Shown here one piece after another: positions 27,965 through 38,176 of a DNA stretch of 64,000 nucleotides; within the stretch, counting starts at the first letter, position 1; every line of letters begins with the position of its first letter. The position numbers were made by a program, and so were the translations under genes. The DNA lies in assembly GCA_035473775.1 (NCBI GenBank), contig DATINV010000099.1, positions 5,806 to 69,805 on the forward strand, in the 5' to 3' direction. This DNA comes from Chthoniobacterales bacterium (GTDB lineage Bacteria; Verrucomicrobiota; Verrucomicrobiia; Chthoniobacterales; UBA10450). The notes under the pieces are model-generated. The model saw nothing but the letters and a program-made list of their open reading frames with translations, ran no database searches and had not been told where the DNA came from.

Positions 27965-30072
27965 TGCTGCAAAAAAAACCGCTGTCACGCTGGCGATCGC
28001 CTACCCGGTTGGTGTTGTTCTTTTTAATCCTGCTGACGTTCTCCGGCGTGGCCTTCCAAACGCAACGACGGATCGTGCTCGATGTCACCGAACCAAGCAG
28101 CGCGAAATTCCTGGATCACTTCTATCCATCTGAGAATGGAGTGCGCTGGACCGAGCGTCGATCAGCAATTTGGTTGCCGGGCTTGGGCGGCGGGAATCTT
28201 TCCTGGCGCATTGGCGTAACGCTGAGTGGATCGCGTCCCGAAATGTTTGCGACACCCGCGCACGTCGTAGTGCGCGTAAGCGGCGCAACGGTTGCGGAAT
28301 TCGACGCCCGAAACCAGGAACAGGACTACGAATGGGAAATCCGGCCCTGGCAGTTAGGCCTTAATGGCGACCTGTTATTGGAAATTGATTCCAGCACGTT
28401 TCGACCTTCGTCGGACGATGAAGCTGAACTTGGAGTTCGGGTCGCTCGGATTTGGCTGACGCGCTCGGATGGTATTGCGTTTCCTCCAGTCCGAGGATTT
28501 CTTCTAACGCTAACTCTCGTCGGATGTTTCACGGCCCTCCTCCAAATGTCGTCGAGCGCAGGATTGATACGGATCCCGCGGAGTGCACTCGTACAATTCA
28601 TCGACCCGCTGCGAAATCGTTGGGCATGGTTCCTCGTTGTCGTGTGGTTGGCGGTCATCGTGCTGCAGGGCTGCAACCATTACGAAGCATCATGGTGGCT
28701 CCAAACGATCACGTTCGGTTTATTGCTCACCACTATTTTGATCTGGGCAATTGCGCGCATCTTATCTGGATCACTCACGCCGGAACAAGCCTTCGCTCTC
28801 GTGGCCATTTTTATAATCGCCGCGCTGGTTCGCATTCCGTTTGATCTCGGCCGCGGGTACGAAGGGGACATCGCCAGTTATGGAAAACAAGGCGACATCG
28901 CCACCTACATTGCGCTCACGTGGAAGACGGTTAGCTATGGAATTCAATCGGCGTATGTGCAGGTAAGCGAATCGCCGCCATCCGACAATCCGCCAGTCCT
29001 ACTCTATCCGTTTTGGTTTCTTGGTTGGTTGTACGAACAGTTGATCTCGCCCTTGTTCGGGCGCACCCATTTGGGCGATCCAGCCATGCTCCGGTTCATG
29101 CTGCGATTACCGGGGCTCGTCTCGGATTTGCTGGCCGGCGCCCTTGTTTTTCGTGCGTTGCGACAGCGGGAATCGGTTTCCTTTAAGACTGCTCTCTTTG
29201 CGACAGGCGCGTATTTGCTCAATCCCGCGCTGATTTGTGATTCGGCTTACTGGGGACAAACCGCGGCGGTGCACGCCTTATTCATGTTACTTTCAGTAAT
29301 GGCGACTGATCGTCGCGCCTATGGGTGGGCTGGAGTTTCTCTGGCAACGGCGATCTTAACTAAGCCGCAGGCCATCGCGATCGCGCCCTTGATCCTGCTG
29401 TTTGCGTCTCGCGACCGCGGGTTACTACGTTTGACCGCCGCCGGGGCAGCCGCTGCGTTGCTCATAACAATGCCATTCATCATAGCGGGAAATAGCGCCG
29501 ATGTGTTGCATCAGTATACGAAGGTGACGCAGTACCATCCGTTTATCGCAGTGAACGCTCATAACTTTTGGTGGTTTATTACCGGCGGCCGTGGCTGGCT
29601 AAGTGATGCCACCGCTATTGGGCCGATCACGTTCCGCCAGGCGGGCTTTTTGCTTTTTGGATGCGCGACGTTGCTTTCGTTGATTCTGGTTTGGCGCAAT
29701 CGCCAAATGATATTTTTGATCGCCGCCTATCAATGCCTTGCTTTCTTTATGCTGAACACTCAGATTCACGAGAACCATTCGCTTGCAATGTTCGCTCCGC
29801 TGATCATCGCGGCCGCATTCGATCGAGCGGCTTGGTGGTTTTACTGCGCGTTTATGTTCACGGTGTTGGCTAACATGACGCTACACGATCCGCGCCTGTT
29901 TGCCTGGCTAGGATATCCCAGTAATGAGATTTACGGAGGACCGGCGCTGGCTTTGCCGCGGTGGTTGAACGCTGCGTTTCAGACAGTGTTATTTGCAGGG
30001 CTCTCATTGCGACTTGTCACTGCTTCGACAGCGGGATTGCGTGCAGAATCCTCAAGCCTGGAAGCTACGTAG
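27961..30072 (+). CDS. polytopic membrane protein, GT-C fold candidate (DUF2029/GT87-like mannosyltransferase family), with N-terminal extracytoplasmic domain
   Basis: 703 aa. One TM is followed by a soluble domain of about 170 aa and then multiple TMs. SDNPPVLLYPFWF and LRLPGLVSDLLAGALVFRAL resemble the DUF2029/PIG-V-type loop and helix. Confidence 0.55.
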   Translation: MMLQKKPLSRWRSPTRLVLFFLILLTFSGVAFQTQRRIVLDVTEPSSAKFLDHFYPSENGVRWTERRSAIWLPGLGGGNLSWRIGVTLSGSRPEMFATPAHVVVRVSGATVAEFDARNQEQDYEWEIRPWQLGLNGDLLLEIDSSTFRPSSDDEAELGVRVARIWLTRSDGIAFPPVRGFLLTLTLVGCFTALLQMSSSAGLIRIPRSALVQFIDPLRNRWAWFLVVVWLAVIVLQGCNHYEASWWLQTITFGLLLTTILIWAIARILSGSLTPEQAFALVAIFIIAALVRIPFDLGRGYEGDIASYGKQGDIATYIALTWKTVSYGIQSAYVQVSESPPSDNPPVLLYPFWFLGWLYEQLISPLFGRTHLGDPAMLRFMLRLPGLVSDLLAGALVFRALRQRESVSFKTALFATGAYLLNPALICDSAYWGQTAAVHALFMLLSVMATDRRAYGWAGVSLATAILTKPQAIAIAPLILLFASRDRGLLRLTAAGAAAALLITMPFIIAGNSADVLHQYTKVTQYHPFIAVNAHNFWWFITGGRGWLSDATAIGPITFRQAGFLLFGCATLLSLILVWRNRQMIFLIAAYQCLAFFMLNTQIHENHSLAMFAPLIIAAAFDRAAWWFYCAFMFTVLANMTLHDPRLFAWLGYPSNEIYGGPALALPRWLNAAFQTVLFAGLSLRLVTASTAGLRAESSSLEAT

Positions 30073-30106
30073 GCTGCAAATAGTGCAAGTTGCAGAATAT
30101 GAAACG

Positions 30107-30808
30107 ATGTTTCGCGTCGAGGAGACGCACTGGTGGTATCGCGCGTTACATCAGCTGATTTTCCAAACCCTGGAAGCTGAGCTGCCCGATTGGCGTAATA
30201 AAGCGATTCTCGACGCCGGTTGCGGCACAGGCGCAATTTTGCAACGCCTCGGCAATCCGGGCAAGAATGCCGGTGTCGACTTGGCCCCCGAAGCAATTGC
30301 ATTCTGCCGTGAGCGCGGCCTCAACAACGCTCAGCAGGGAAATATCTTGGCATTGCCTTTTGTCGATGCCTCGTTCGATGCGGTAATTTCTTCCAGTGTT
30401 CTCTATCACGCATGGGTGGGCGACGTTGCCGCCGCCGTTCGTGAAATGCGCCGAGTCCTTCGCCCCAACGGCTTGCTGATCATTAATGTTCCCGCCTTTC
30501 GTTTTCTACACAGCGCGCACGACGACGCTGTTATGACGGCGCGCCGGTTTAGAAAACCAGAACTGCGGAAGTTACTGCGCGATCAGAACTTTACGATCAA
30601 TCGGTTGACCTATTGGACGAGCTTGCTTTTTCCGTTGGCGGTCGTAGCGCGCACACTCGGAGTTTCACAGATGGGCCGCGACTTTGAAGCGAAAGAACTG
30701 TCCTTTTCTCAACGTGTGTTCGCGCAAGTGATGTCGCTCGAACTTCGTTTGCTGCGCGGAGGCTCGTTTCCCTTTGGAGTAGCGTTATTAGCCACTGCCC
30801 GAAAGTAG
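30107..30808 (+). CDS. class I SAM-dependent methyltransferase
   Basis: Motif I is ILDAGCGTGAILQRL, motif post-I is NAGVDLAPEA, and motif II/III is FDAVISSSVLYH..LRPNGLLIINVP. The start is the ATG at 30107 or the in-frame GTG at 30083. The longer ORF from 29993 overlaps the upstream gene. Confidence 0.8.
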   Translation: MFRVEETHWWYRALHQLIFQTLEAELPDWRNKAILDAGCGTGAILQRLGNPGKNAGVDLAPEAIAFCRERGLNNAQQGNILALPFVDASFDAVISSSVLYHAWVGDVAAAVREMRRVLRPNGLLIINVPAFRFLHSAHDDAVMTARRFRKPELRKLLRDQNFTINRLTYWTSLLFPLAVVARTLGVSQMGRDFEAKELSFSQRVFAQVMSLELRLLRGGSFPFGVALLATARK

Positions 30809-30809
30809 G

Positions 30810-32555
30810 TCAGTCACCGCCCGGCCAATCCACTCGGGCGACTCGTGACTTCGGAAAAGTTTGAGTCCGGGGAAACAGATATGTCCCGTCAGAAAAGCGA
30901 TGGAAATGAATGTCTTCGCGGTTTTCCCAAACGGTTTCGTCGATTTCCAGGACGGTGGTAATTTGTCCGCCGCGTTCGGCCAGATCTTTCAAGACATCGT
31001 TGATCGCGTAACCGGGGCCTGTTTCCCAGGCCGATCGCCAAACGATCCAACGGGCGTGATCGACCCCAAAGACGAATTCCGGAAGGCCCATTTCGCGGGC
31101 GCGTTCATATACTGGGTAACTTTGCAGAATGCCCATCGCCTGCCGTAGGCGCGTGTAAAAGTAAGTTGGTTCCATCCCGTAGTTCACGATCAGGACGTCA
31201 TCAGGCTTTGCGTTTTGCTGTAGGAACTTACAGGTCTTCTCCACCGTTCCGGGATTTTCGCACCACAAGTCGCGGACAAACAGATACAGGCCACTTCCGA
31301 GAAAACGATCGACAATTCTCGCCGGCACGTGCGCTCCGACTGAATATTTTCCTAAGTGAATAAATCCGCTCGGATTCCATGATACCCAGGGCGTGAGCTG
31401 GGCCAGTTTTGTAAAAGCGAATACGAACATCAAAGCAGCCCAGATCAGTATCTTTCCGCGGGATAATTTGACGATTGCGATTGCGGCAGCCATCGCCGCC
31501 AATGGAAGAACCGCGGACGCGTAGCGCATTCCAGCTAGCCAGAGACTGTCGCTGGATTGCGTTACAACAGTTCCAAATCCGTAAACAACTACTGTCGCGA
31601 GCACGCTGAGGAGAATCGACGCCTCATTTTCCTGCAGGAGCTTGCAGGAAACCGGAGGAGTTGTCGTATCGTCAGCGCTTGCCACCGGCTCTCGCTTTCC
31701 CAAACATAACCAGAGGGCGCCCATGACTAGTAGGATTGCGCTACCGATGAGCGGCGTTACCGATGTCGTTTCAATGGTTGCTTGAACAGCTCGTTCGATG
31801 ACCTCGCCGACTGATGCCGGCATGGTTGTGTTCAGCTCGGAGCCGCTTGAAGAAAGCGAGGAGAGCGCGAGCCAAGGCAAAGTAAGCAGGGCGACTGCGG
31901 GCGCGGCAAACAAAATCCAGCGACGCTGAGCTTTTAATGGAGGATAAATGAAGCTTAGACCGCCGAGGGCCACGACCGGAGCGAGCCCATACGGATGTGA
32001 GTGAAAAAGAAGAGTAGCGGCGAGAACAAAGGAGACGCAACCGCGCGCGGATCTCATATTGAAGAACGCCCAAAAAAGCCAGACGACCAGCAGCATGTTG
32101 AGCGAGCAATAACGGCATTGCCTCGCGTAAAGTAAGAATTGAACTGAAAGCGTGAGGAGGGCACAGGCCGAGAATGCGGTCAGACGATTCTGGGTCAGGC
32201 GCCAGAGAAAAAAATAGACGAACAAGATTGAAAACCAGCTGGCGACCGCGAAAGGAAACCGCGCGGCAAAAGTATTTTGGCCGAAGACGATGAACGAACC
32301 GGCTGCCAGATAATACTGGATCCACGGATGAGTCACCATCACGAGATTGCGATCGAGTCGCGCACCATGGTCCGAATCGAGAAAAGCAGAACCATCCCAC
32401 GCTTTGGGCACGCCGAACTTCAAGATGTTCACGGCGAGCGCAGCAGTGTCACCCTCATCTTCCCAAAGGTAATCCAGGCCGAGATTCGTGAATAGGAACA
32501 CCGCGCTCACCACTGCGATAATTGCCGCAGGCCAGTGCAAATGCAGCCAGCGCAA
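30810..32555 (-). CDS. ArnT/PMT_2-like GT-C glycosyltransferase candidate, paralog A
   Basis: 581 aa. DYLWEDEGDTAALAVNILKFGVPKAWDG directly follows TM1. About 11 TMs are followed by a conserved C-terminal soluble domain (..GLPEFVFGVDHARWIVWR..WENREDIHFHRF..RVDWP). Confidence 0.65.
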   Translation of the reverse strand: MRWLHLHWPAAIIAVVSAVFLFTNLGLDYLWEDEGDTAALAVNILKFGVPKAWDGSAFLDSDHGARLDRNLVMVTHPWIQYYLAAGSFIVFGQNTFAARFPFAVASWFSILFVYFFLWRLTQNRLTAFSACALLTLSVQFLLYARQCRYCSLNMLLVVWLFWAFFNMRSARGCVSFVLAATLLFHSHPYGLAPVVALGGLSFIYPPLKAQRRWILFAAPAVALLTLPWLALSSLSSSGSELNTTMPASVGEVIERAVQATIETTSVTPLIGSAILLVMGALWLCLGKREPVASADDTTTPPVSCKLLQENEASILLSVLATVVVYGFGTVVTQSSDSLWLAGMRYASAVLPLAAMAAAIAIVKLSRGKILIWAALMFVFAFTKLAQLTPWVSWNPSGFIHLGKYSVGAHVPARIVDRFLGSGLYLFVRDLWCENPGTVEKTCKFLQQNAKPDDVLIVNYGMEPTYFYTRLRQAMGILQSYPVYERAREMGLPEFVFGVDHARWIVWRSAWETGPGYAINDVLKDLAERGGQITTVLEIDETVWENREDIHFHRFSDGTYLFPRTQTFPKSRVARVDWPGGD

Positions 32556-32607
32556 GTGGAAGAATGAAGTAGGCAGAATTCGTGTTCGAATTGTCAGAGC
32601 GATCTCC

Positions 32608-33474
32608 CTAGAGCTTCATCCTCTGATCGATCAGATCAGCCAAGAGACCTATGAACAACGTCTGAATGCCGGTCAACGTCATCGTAATGGAGAGGCCACC
32701 CAAATGATGCTGTTGGCTGTAATCAATTGTGCCCTTCACGATACCGAGCAGAATCAGCAACAACGCTGGCGGCACAAAAACATTCAGCGGTTTGAAGCAA
32801 GCACAAATTCGAATGATCAAAATCACAAAGTTGATGAAGTCTCGGATTGGATGAATCGAGGATTTGCCGAGACGCTTGCGGTAGTTAATTGGCAGAAACT
32901 GGACTCGGTAATGGTTTGTCAGCATTGCCAGGGTGATTGTCGTTGTGAACGAAAACCCGTCCGGATACATCGCTAGAAAACGTAGCGCGATGTCTTTGCG
33001 AAAAATCCGCAAGCCGGAATTCAAATCCGGAATTTTTTGGCCGCTCAGATACTCCGCTAGTTGAGTGATGATCCATTTTCCGACGCGACGGAGAAATGGA
33101 ATGTGCACATCCTCGCCGGTGCGCGCCCCGACGATCATGTCGAATTTTTCAATGTCAGTCGCCAAACGCGGGATCTCCTCGAGCGGGTAAGTCCCGTCCG
33201 CATCCGCGATTAGAATCAGGTCGTTCTTCGCTATTCGAAGTCCATCTTTAAGCGATGCTCCGTATCCGCGGGTGGTGTCGTGCTCGATTAAGACAACCGG
33301 CAGGGTTCGCGCAATCTCCGCGGTGCGGTCGCGCGAGCCATCGTTGATCACGATGATTTCCATTTCCCGGAACAGACCGTGGTGCTTCTCGATTGCAGCG
33401 ACGGTGTCAGCCAGGCTTACCTCTTCGTTGCACGCGGGAATCAATACGCTTACGGAACTCTGGACGGCGTTCAT
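32608..33474 (-). CDS. GT2 polyprenyl-phosphate glycosyltransferase (GtrB/DPM1-like)
   Basis: 288 aa with VSVLIPACNEE, IIVINDGSRDRT, RGYGASLKDG and IADADGTYPLEEIP. Two C-terminal TM helices are present. Confidence 0.85.
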   Translation of the reverse strand: MNAVQSSVSVLIPACNEEVSLADTVAAIEKHHGLFREMEIIVINDGSRDRTAEIARTLPVVLIEHDTTRGYGASLKDGLRIAKNDLILIADADGTYPLEEIPRLATDIEKFDMIVGARTGEDVHIPFLRRVGKWIITQLAEYLSGQKIPDLNSGLRIFRKDIALRFLAMYPDGFSFTTTITLAMLTNHYRVQFLPINYRKRLGKSSIHPIRDFINFVILIIRICACFKPLNVFVPPALLLILLGIVKGTIDYSQQHHLGGLSITMTLTGIQTLFIGLLADLIDQRMKL

Positions 33475-33593
33475 CGAGCGGAGCCTGACTGGTATCGAAA
33501 TCAGAAATTTTGGTCAAGAAAACGCCGCGCCGGCGGAGCCCGCTCGACAGGAATTGCAGTGCTTGATAGTTCTTCAAATGTAATCTTCAGGCC

Positions 33594-35234
33594 GTGCGTC
33601 GCCGATTATTGATTTTGATGCTGTTGTCCGTGGCCCTGAAATTCTGGCTGATTGCGGGGCAGCCGGTGGTGGCACACGCCAATGCATCTTTTGACGATCG
33701 GCTGTTTCTGGCGCTGGCCGAACAAATCGTGAAAGGCCGTTGGCTTGGCCCGTACAGTCAATTCACTTTGATGAAGGGGCCGATGTACTCGATCTTCGTC
33801 GCGGCCGCCTATATTGCACACCTCCCTCTTCCAATAGCCCAACACCTTCTTTACTTGTCCGGATGCGCGCTACTGGTGCGGGCATTGCGCCCGTGCTTGA
33901 GCGCAAATTGGCAAGCTCCGGTCCTGTTCACCCTGCTTTGGTGGCAGCCGATGAGCTACTTCGAGTTGGATGTTCTGCGTCAAAACATTTACACGCCGCT
34001 GACGCTTTTGGTTTTCGCGGGTTTGATTGCGCTCCAAACTCGACAGCAGTCGTCGTTTTATTTCCGATTGTTGTGGGGAGTCTTGCTTGGCGTCAGCGCA
34101 GGGGCCTTTTACCTTACGCGTGAAGAAGGAATTTGGATTATTCCCGGAGCAGCGCTGCTGATTGGATGGGCGGCGCTAAGTTCGTGGCGGTTGGGAAGAC
34201 AATTTTGGCGCACGCTGGCGCAGATTTCGGTGGCACTTGTGTTTGCTATCGGAATCGTGAGCACAGTCTGCGCGCTGAATTACCGTTATTACGGCTGGTT
34301 CGGAACGGTCGAATTTCGTGCGCCCGAATTCATTTCCGCTTATGGCGCATTGCAGAGACCGATTGCTTCGGAGGAGATTCCTTACGTCCCGGTCACGAGG
34401 GATGTCCGTTTAAGATCGTACGAAGTCAGCCCGGCCTTTGCTGAATTGCGCTTGTGTTTGGAAGGCTCAGTTGGACAAGAGTGGGCCAACTATTCCGACT
34501 ATCTGACCGGACGCCCTGGCAAAGAATTCCAAATCGGTGGCGGTTCGTTCATGTGGGCTTTGCGTGATTGTGTGGCTGCGTCGGGTCATGCCGAAAATGC
34601 GAGGGATGCATTACAATTCTATCGGGCAATCGGAGACGAAATTAATCGAGCGTGCGATGACGGGCGCGCTGGTCCATGTCGAACTCGTCGGGACACCATG
34701 CTGCCGCGCTCCAAGCCAGGCCAGATCCAACGTCTGATCCAAATTCTTCCGAGTTACACCGCCGATTTCCTTCTCTTTCGCGGATTCACCGCTTACCCGA
34801 CTGAAAGTTGGGGCTCGTCCGATTTATTGGAGTTATTTCAACGGCTGACCCGCTGGCAACTTGCTCCTTCGAAGGAAGCTCCGGAGATCGCTCCGACTGT
34901 CTCGCAGATCGACCACTCTCGACTTGGCGTTTTGCAGTTTATTGGTCAGACGATTCGCTGGTTATGCATTGCTGTCGTTGCCACGGGAATTTTTGCCTGG
35001 TCGCTGGCGGGATACCGTCTCATTCGAGATCGGCGATTCAGTTATCTATTTTTGGTTTCGACGGCAGCGTTCGGCTCCGCCCTCGCTGTGCTTGCGGTAA
35101 ACGTGCTTGTGCACGCGTGGGCGTTTAGAAATCAGGGGCCTACCGCTCTACACGAAGGATATCCGTTACTTGTCTTATTTGGAACAACAGCGTTGTTCGA
35201 ATTAGTCGCAAGACGAGATCCACTCGGAAAGTAG
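33594..35234 (+). CDS. polytopic membrane protein, GT-C-like candidate, unknown family
   Basis: 546 aa, GTG start. NASFDDRLFLALAEQIVKG follows TM1. About 8 N-terminal TMs precede a soluble domain of about 190 aa and 3 C-terminal TMs. Confidence 0.45.
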   Translation: MRRRLLILMLLSVALKFWLIAGQPVVAHANASFDDRLFLALAEQIVKGRWLGPYSQFTLMKGPMYSIFVAAAYIAHLPLPIAQHLLYLSGCALLVRALRPCLSANWQAPVLFTLLWWQPMSYFELDVLRQNIYTPLTLLVFAGLIALQTRQQSSFYFRLLWGVLLGVSAGAFYLTREEGIWIIPGAALLIGWAALSSWRLGRQFWRTLAQISVALVFAIGIVSTVCALNYRYYGWFGTVEFRAPEFISAYGALQRPIASEEIPYVPVTRDVRLRSYEVSPAFAELRLCLEGSVGQEWANYSDYLTGRPGKEFQIGGGSFMWALRDCVAASGHAENARDALQFYRAIGDEINRACDDGRAGPCRTRRDTMLPRSKPGQIQRLIQILPSYTADFLLFRGFTAYPTESWGSSDLLELFQRLTRWQLAPSKEAPEIAPTVSQIDHSRLGVLQFIGQTIRWLCIAVVATGIFAWSLAGYRLIRDRRFSYLFLVSTAAFGSALAVLAVNVLVHAWAFRNQGPTALHEGYPLLVLFGTTALFELVARRDPLGK

Positions 35235-35253
35235 GCAAAAACTCGGGCCAGGG

Positions 35254-36945
35254 TCACTGAGTAGGCCAATCGACCCGGAAGATTTTGGCGGGTTCAAGAG
35301 CAGTGTCCTGCGAAAATAGGTAAACGTCGCCGGCGAAGCGGTGGAAATGAATGTTTTCCCGATTTTCCCAACCGGTTTCCTTTAGGGTGGCCACCTCACT
35401 GACTTGTCCACCTTCTTGCGCGAGATGTTGCGCAACTTCAGGCCAGCGAATTCCCAGATAATCGTCCCAGTTAAACCGCCAAACAACCCAGCGAGCATGA
35501 TCAACTCCAAAGACGTAATCAGGTAAGCCACGATTTCGGGCTGCCTCGTAGATCGCATCTTGCGTCATTATCTTCATCCCCTGTGGCAAACCGGTGTGAA
35601 AATAAAGCGGCTCCGACTCGTAGTTGGTGATAACCAGATCGCCGGGCGAGGCGTGTTGCCGAAGGAATTCAACAGACTGACCAAGTGTTCCAATATTTTT
35701 TTGAAATAAGTCACGCACGAACAAAAGATTTTCTGTCGGCAGGAAGGCATCAATCGCCTTCTTGGGCGCGTGCAGGTCTACCAGCAGCTTGTCCTCAGGA
35801 TTTTTGTTAACCCAAAGTGCCCAGGGCGTGATCTGGTCAAACTTTGTGAGAGCGAACACAACCACGAGCGACACAAGAACAATGTTGTTGCGGCGGCTGA
35901 CCTTGATGATCAATAGACTAGCGACGATCGCTAAGAGCGGAATAATTGCCGACGTATAACGAACCCCGGTCACCCAGATTGCCGCGCTGCGTTCAGTTGC
36001 GACAGCGCCAAGGGCGAGGGAAAGACTTACCGCGGCAATCACAACAAGAAGAGCGCGCTCAGCAGCCTGAAACCGTTGCGTGGTCGAACGGGCGATCAAA
36101 GCAAACAAACAAAGAGCAACTATTCCAACCAACGGCGTAACCGACGCGCACTCAACCAGGTATTGGATCAAGCGAAGAAAAAAATCGCGGACGGAGGGAA
36201 CCAAGACGGTATTTTCGGTATAGCCGGTTCGGGCTTGAAAAAACCAAGGCGTCGTCAGCGCCAGGATCGCCGGCAGAGTTAGCCAGTACCACCTCCGTTG
36301 CGTGGAAAAATTTGAATCGACCAACGTTAAACCGCCGAGGGCGAGAACTGGAATAATCCCAATCGGATGAGTGTGAAAAAGAAGTATGGCGCAAATCCCG
36401 AACGCCACAGCTCGCCTGAGTGATCGCATCTGCAAGAAAAATTCGACCAACAAGCAGGTCAACAACGTTGCCAGGGTGTAGTAACGCGACTGACGACAGA
36501 AAAGAAGGAATTGGACGGAACCAATCATCAAGATGCTTCCACAGAGCGCGGCGCGACGATCTGCGGTCGCGGTCCAGATGAGGCGATAGACCAGGAGAAT
36601 GGTTAACCATCCCGCCAACGCGAAAGGAAATCGCGCCGCAAACGTGCTCTCGCCGAAAAGGGCGAATGATGCTGCCGTGACGTAGTATTGCAGCCAGGGA
36701 CTACTCACCATCACCAGGTCGCTGTTCACCCGCGCGCCGAAATCCGAGTCCATGAAAGTCTTTCCGTCCCAGGCTCGGGGAAGACCAAATTTATCGATGT
36801 TATGCGCTAGGACCGCGGTGTCCCCTTCATCGGCCCATAAGTAGCCAGATCCAAGATTCGTGAAGATGAGGACCCCGCCGATCACGGCCACAATTAAAAA
36901 TCCGCAGTGGCGTCGCAAATCCGAACACATTTCGAGCGCATTCAT
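35254..36945 (-). CDS. ArnT/PMT_2-like GT-C glycosyltransferase candidate, paralog B
   Basis: Start set at the ATG at 36945, which leaves 1 nt between it and the upstream stop (36947-36949). GYLWADEGDTAVLAHNIDKFGLPRAWDG follows TM1. The C-terminal domain is nearly identical in motifs to paralog A (GLPDYVFGVDHARWVVWR..WENRENIHFHRF..RVDWP). Confidence 0.65.
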   Translation of the reverse strand: MNALEMCSDLRRHCGFLIVAVIGGVLIFTNLGSGYLWADEGDTAVLAHNIDKFGLPRAWDGKTFMDSDFGARVNSDLVMVSSPWLQYYVTAASFALFGESTFAARFPFALAGWLTILLVYRLIWTATADRRAALCGSILMIGSVQFLLFCRQSRYYTLATLLTCLLVEFFLQMRSLRRAVAFGICAILLFHTHPIGIIPVLALGGLTLVDSNFSTQRRWYWLTLPAILALTTPWFFQARTGYTENTVLVPSVRDFFLRLIQYLVECASVTPLVGIVALCLFALIARSTTQRFQAAERALLVVIAAVSLSLALGAVATERSAAIWVTGVRYTSAIIPLLAIVASLLIIKVSRRNNIVLVSLVVVFALTKFDQITPWALWVNKNPEDKLLVDLHAPKKAIDAFLPTENLLFVRDLFQKNIGTLGQSVEFLRQHASPGDLVITNYESEPLYFHTGLPQGMKIMTQDAIYEAARNRGLPDYVFGVDHARWVVWRFNWDDYLGIRWPEVAQHLAQEGGQVSEVATLKETGWENRENIHFHRFAGDVYLFSQDTALEPAKIFRVDWPTQ

Positions 36946-36946
36946 T

Positions 36947-38173
36947 TCAGGTCGAGCTCGCAGTCGAAGGTGATTGACGCCGAATTGCGGCAATCAAAAA
37001 TGTGCATGCGCTTACGACAAAGAAGGCGACCGCTAAATCGCGCAAACACAAAATCGGAAAAGGCAAAATTGGGTGCGCGCCAAAATCCCAGTTCCCCAGC
37101 AGCAACGCGCTTCCGGAAAAAAACGAATGCAAGGCATAGAGATATGCGCTGGTGAGCGAGATGGCGGGAATCGAAAAACGCCACCGAAGGAAGAACCAGA
37201 ACGGAAGGGACCAGGCAAAATATTGGAAAGCCCAGTTATCACTGAATCCAAGCAGGATCACGTAACCCATTGCGATCGTAGCGCAGACTTCCTCGGGAGC
37301 GCGACGCTCCCTTCGTAGCCACATTAGGACGAGCATCGCCGCAATCGCGATATCCCAGCTCTGCTCGAGAACAAACAACGTTACGTGCAGCAGTTTCTCG
37401 GGCCAAACTTGGATAGGTGCAAAGGTTGAGAAAAGCAGAACACTCGGTCCCCATAATGGAACGCCGGTCGCCGTCTGCAAAACCAGACCGCGATATCCAA
37501 AGACGTTCTTCAGCACAATTTGATAATCCTGAATCAGTGCTGGGAGATAGGTTGATAGCGCGGTCGCCGCTGCGGCTAAGGTGAAAATTCCTCGACTGCG
37601 CCAAGTTCGGAACCAGATCATGAACGCGGGAAAGGCAAGTATCGTTGGCACCTTTATCCAAAGGCCCGCTCCGAAAGCCACTCCGCTCCAAGGTGTTCTC
37701 ATTCGCGTGGCCACCCACATTGAAAGTAGAAGAACGAAAGCGATGGCCGTATCGGTGTTGCCATGATACGCGGAGATGATGATTGCAGCCGGGCTAAGCC
37801 AGTAAATTGCTGTCGCCAAGGACCGCGAGCGACCTGCCGGTAACAGTCGAAATAGCAACAGAGCATTTCCGACATCGAACAGGACGAACAGTCCCCTAAA
37901 TGGAATTCGAAATGGGACGCGGACTGCGGTCGAAATCTGCAACATCAGCGACGCCGCTTCGCTGATGAATGGCGGATGATTCTCGAACGAATTGGCGTGG
38001 TAATATCCGATCAGGCCGCGATCATGGACTTGCTGCGCGTGATCCTCCCAATCGTCCATGTCTCCGGTGCCGTTCGTGAATCCGACGCAGTAGATTCGAA
38101 GCGCGGCGCCAATCACCATCGCGGTCCAAAAGGCAATTCTCCGCCCGTCTGGCCCGAAATCTTTTCCAATCAT
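36947..38173 (-). CDS. polytopic membrane protein, DUF2029/GT87-like mannosyltransferase candidate
   Basis: 408 aa. The acidic loop GDMDDWEDHAQ follows TM1, then ENHPPFISEA. About 10 TMs. It is separated by 3 nt from the upstream gene. Confidence 0.55.
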   Translation of the reverse strand: MIGKDFGPDGRRIAFWTAMVIGAALRIYCVGFTNGTGDMDDWEDHAQQVHDRGLIGYYHANSFENHPPFISEAASLMLQISTAVRVPFRIPFRGLFVLFDVGNALLLFRLLPAGRSRSLATAIYWLSPAAIIISAYHGNTDTAIAFVLLLSMWVATRMRTPWSGVAFGAGLWIKVPTILAFPAFMIWFRTWRSRGIFTLAAAATALSTYLPALIQDYQIVLKNVFGYRGLVLQTATGVPLWGPSVLLFSTFAPIQVWPEKLLHVTLFVLEQSWDIAIAAMLVLMWLRRERRAPEEVCATIAMGYVILLGFSDNWAFQYFAWSLPFWFFLRWRFSIPAISLTSAYLYALHSFFSGSALLLGNWDFGAHPILPFPILCLRDLAVAFFVVSACTFLIAAIRRQSPSTASST

Positions 38174-38176
38174 GAA

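Noticed and set aside
31771-32400. 209-aa same-strand alternative-frame ORF inside the GT-C paralog A gene
   Set aside because: It is an out-of-frame overlap with a gene whose frame yields coherent TM helices and a conserved paralog. The alternative frame is Arg/Ser-rich with no recognisable pattern.
36907-37184. Small ORFs of 80-82 aa on both strands at the junction of the 35254 and 36947 genes
   Set aside because: They overlap the 3' end of a supported membrane-protein gene and the junction. The translations are basic and low-complexity, and the junction is better explained by tight operon packing with a 1-nt spacer.
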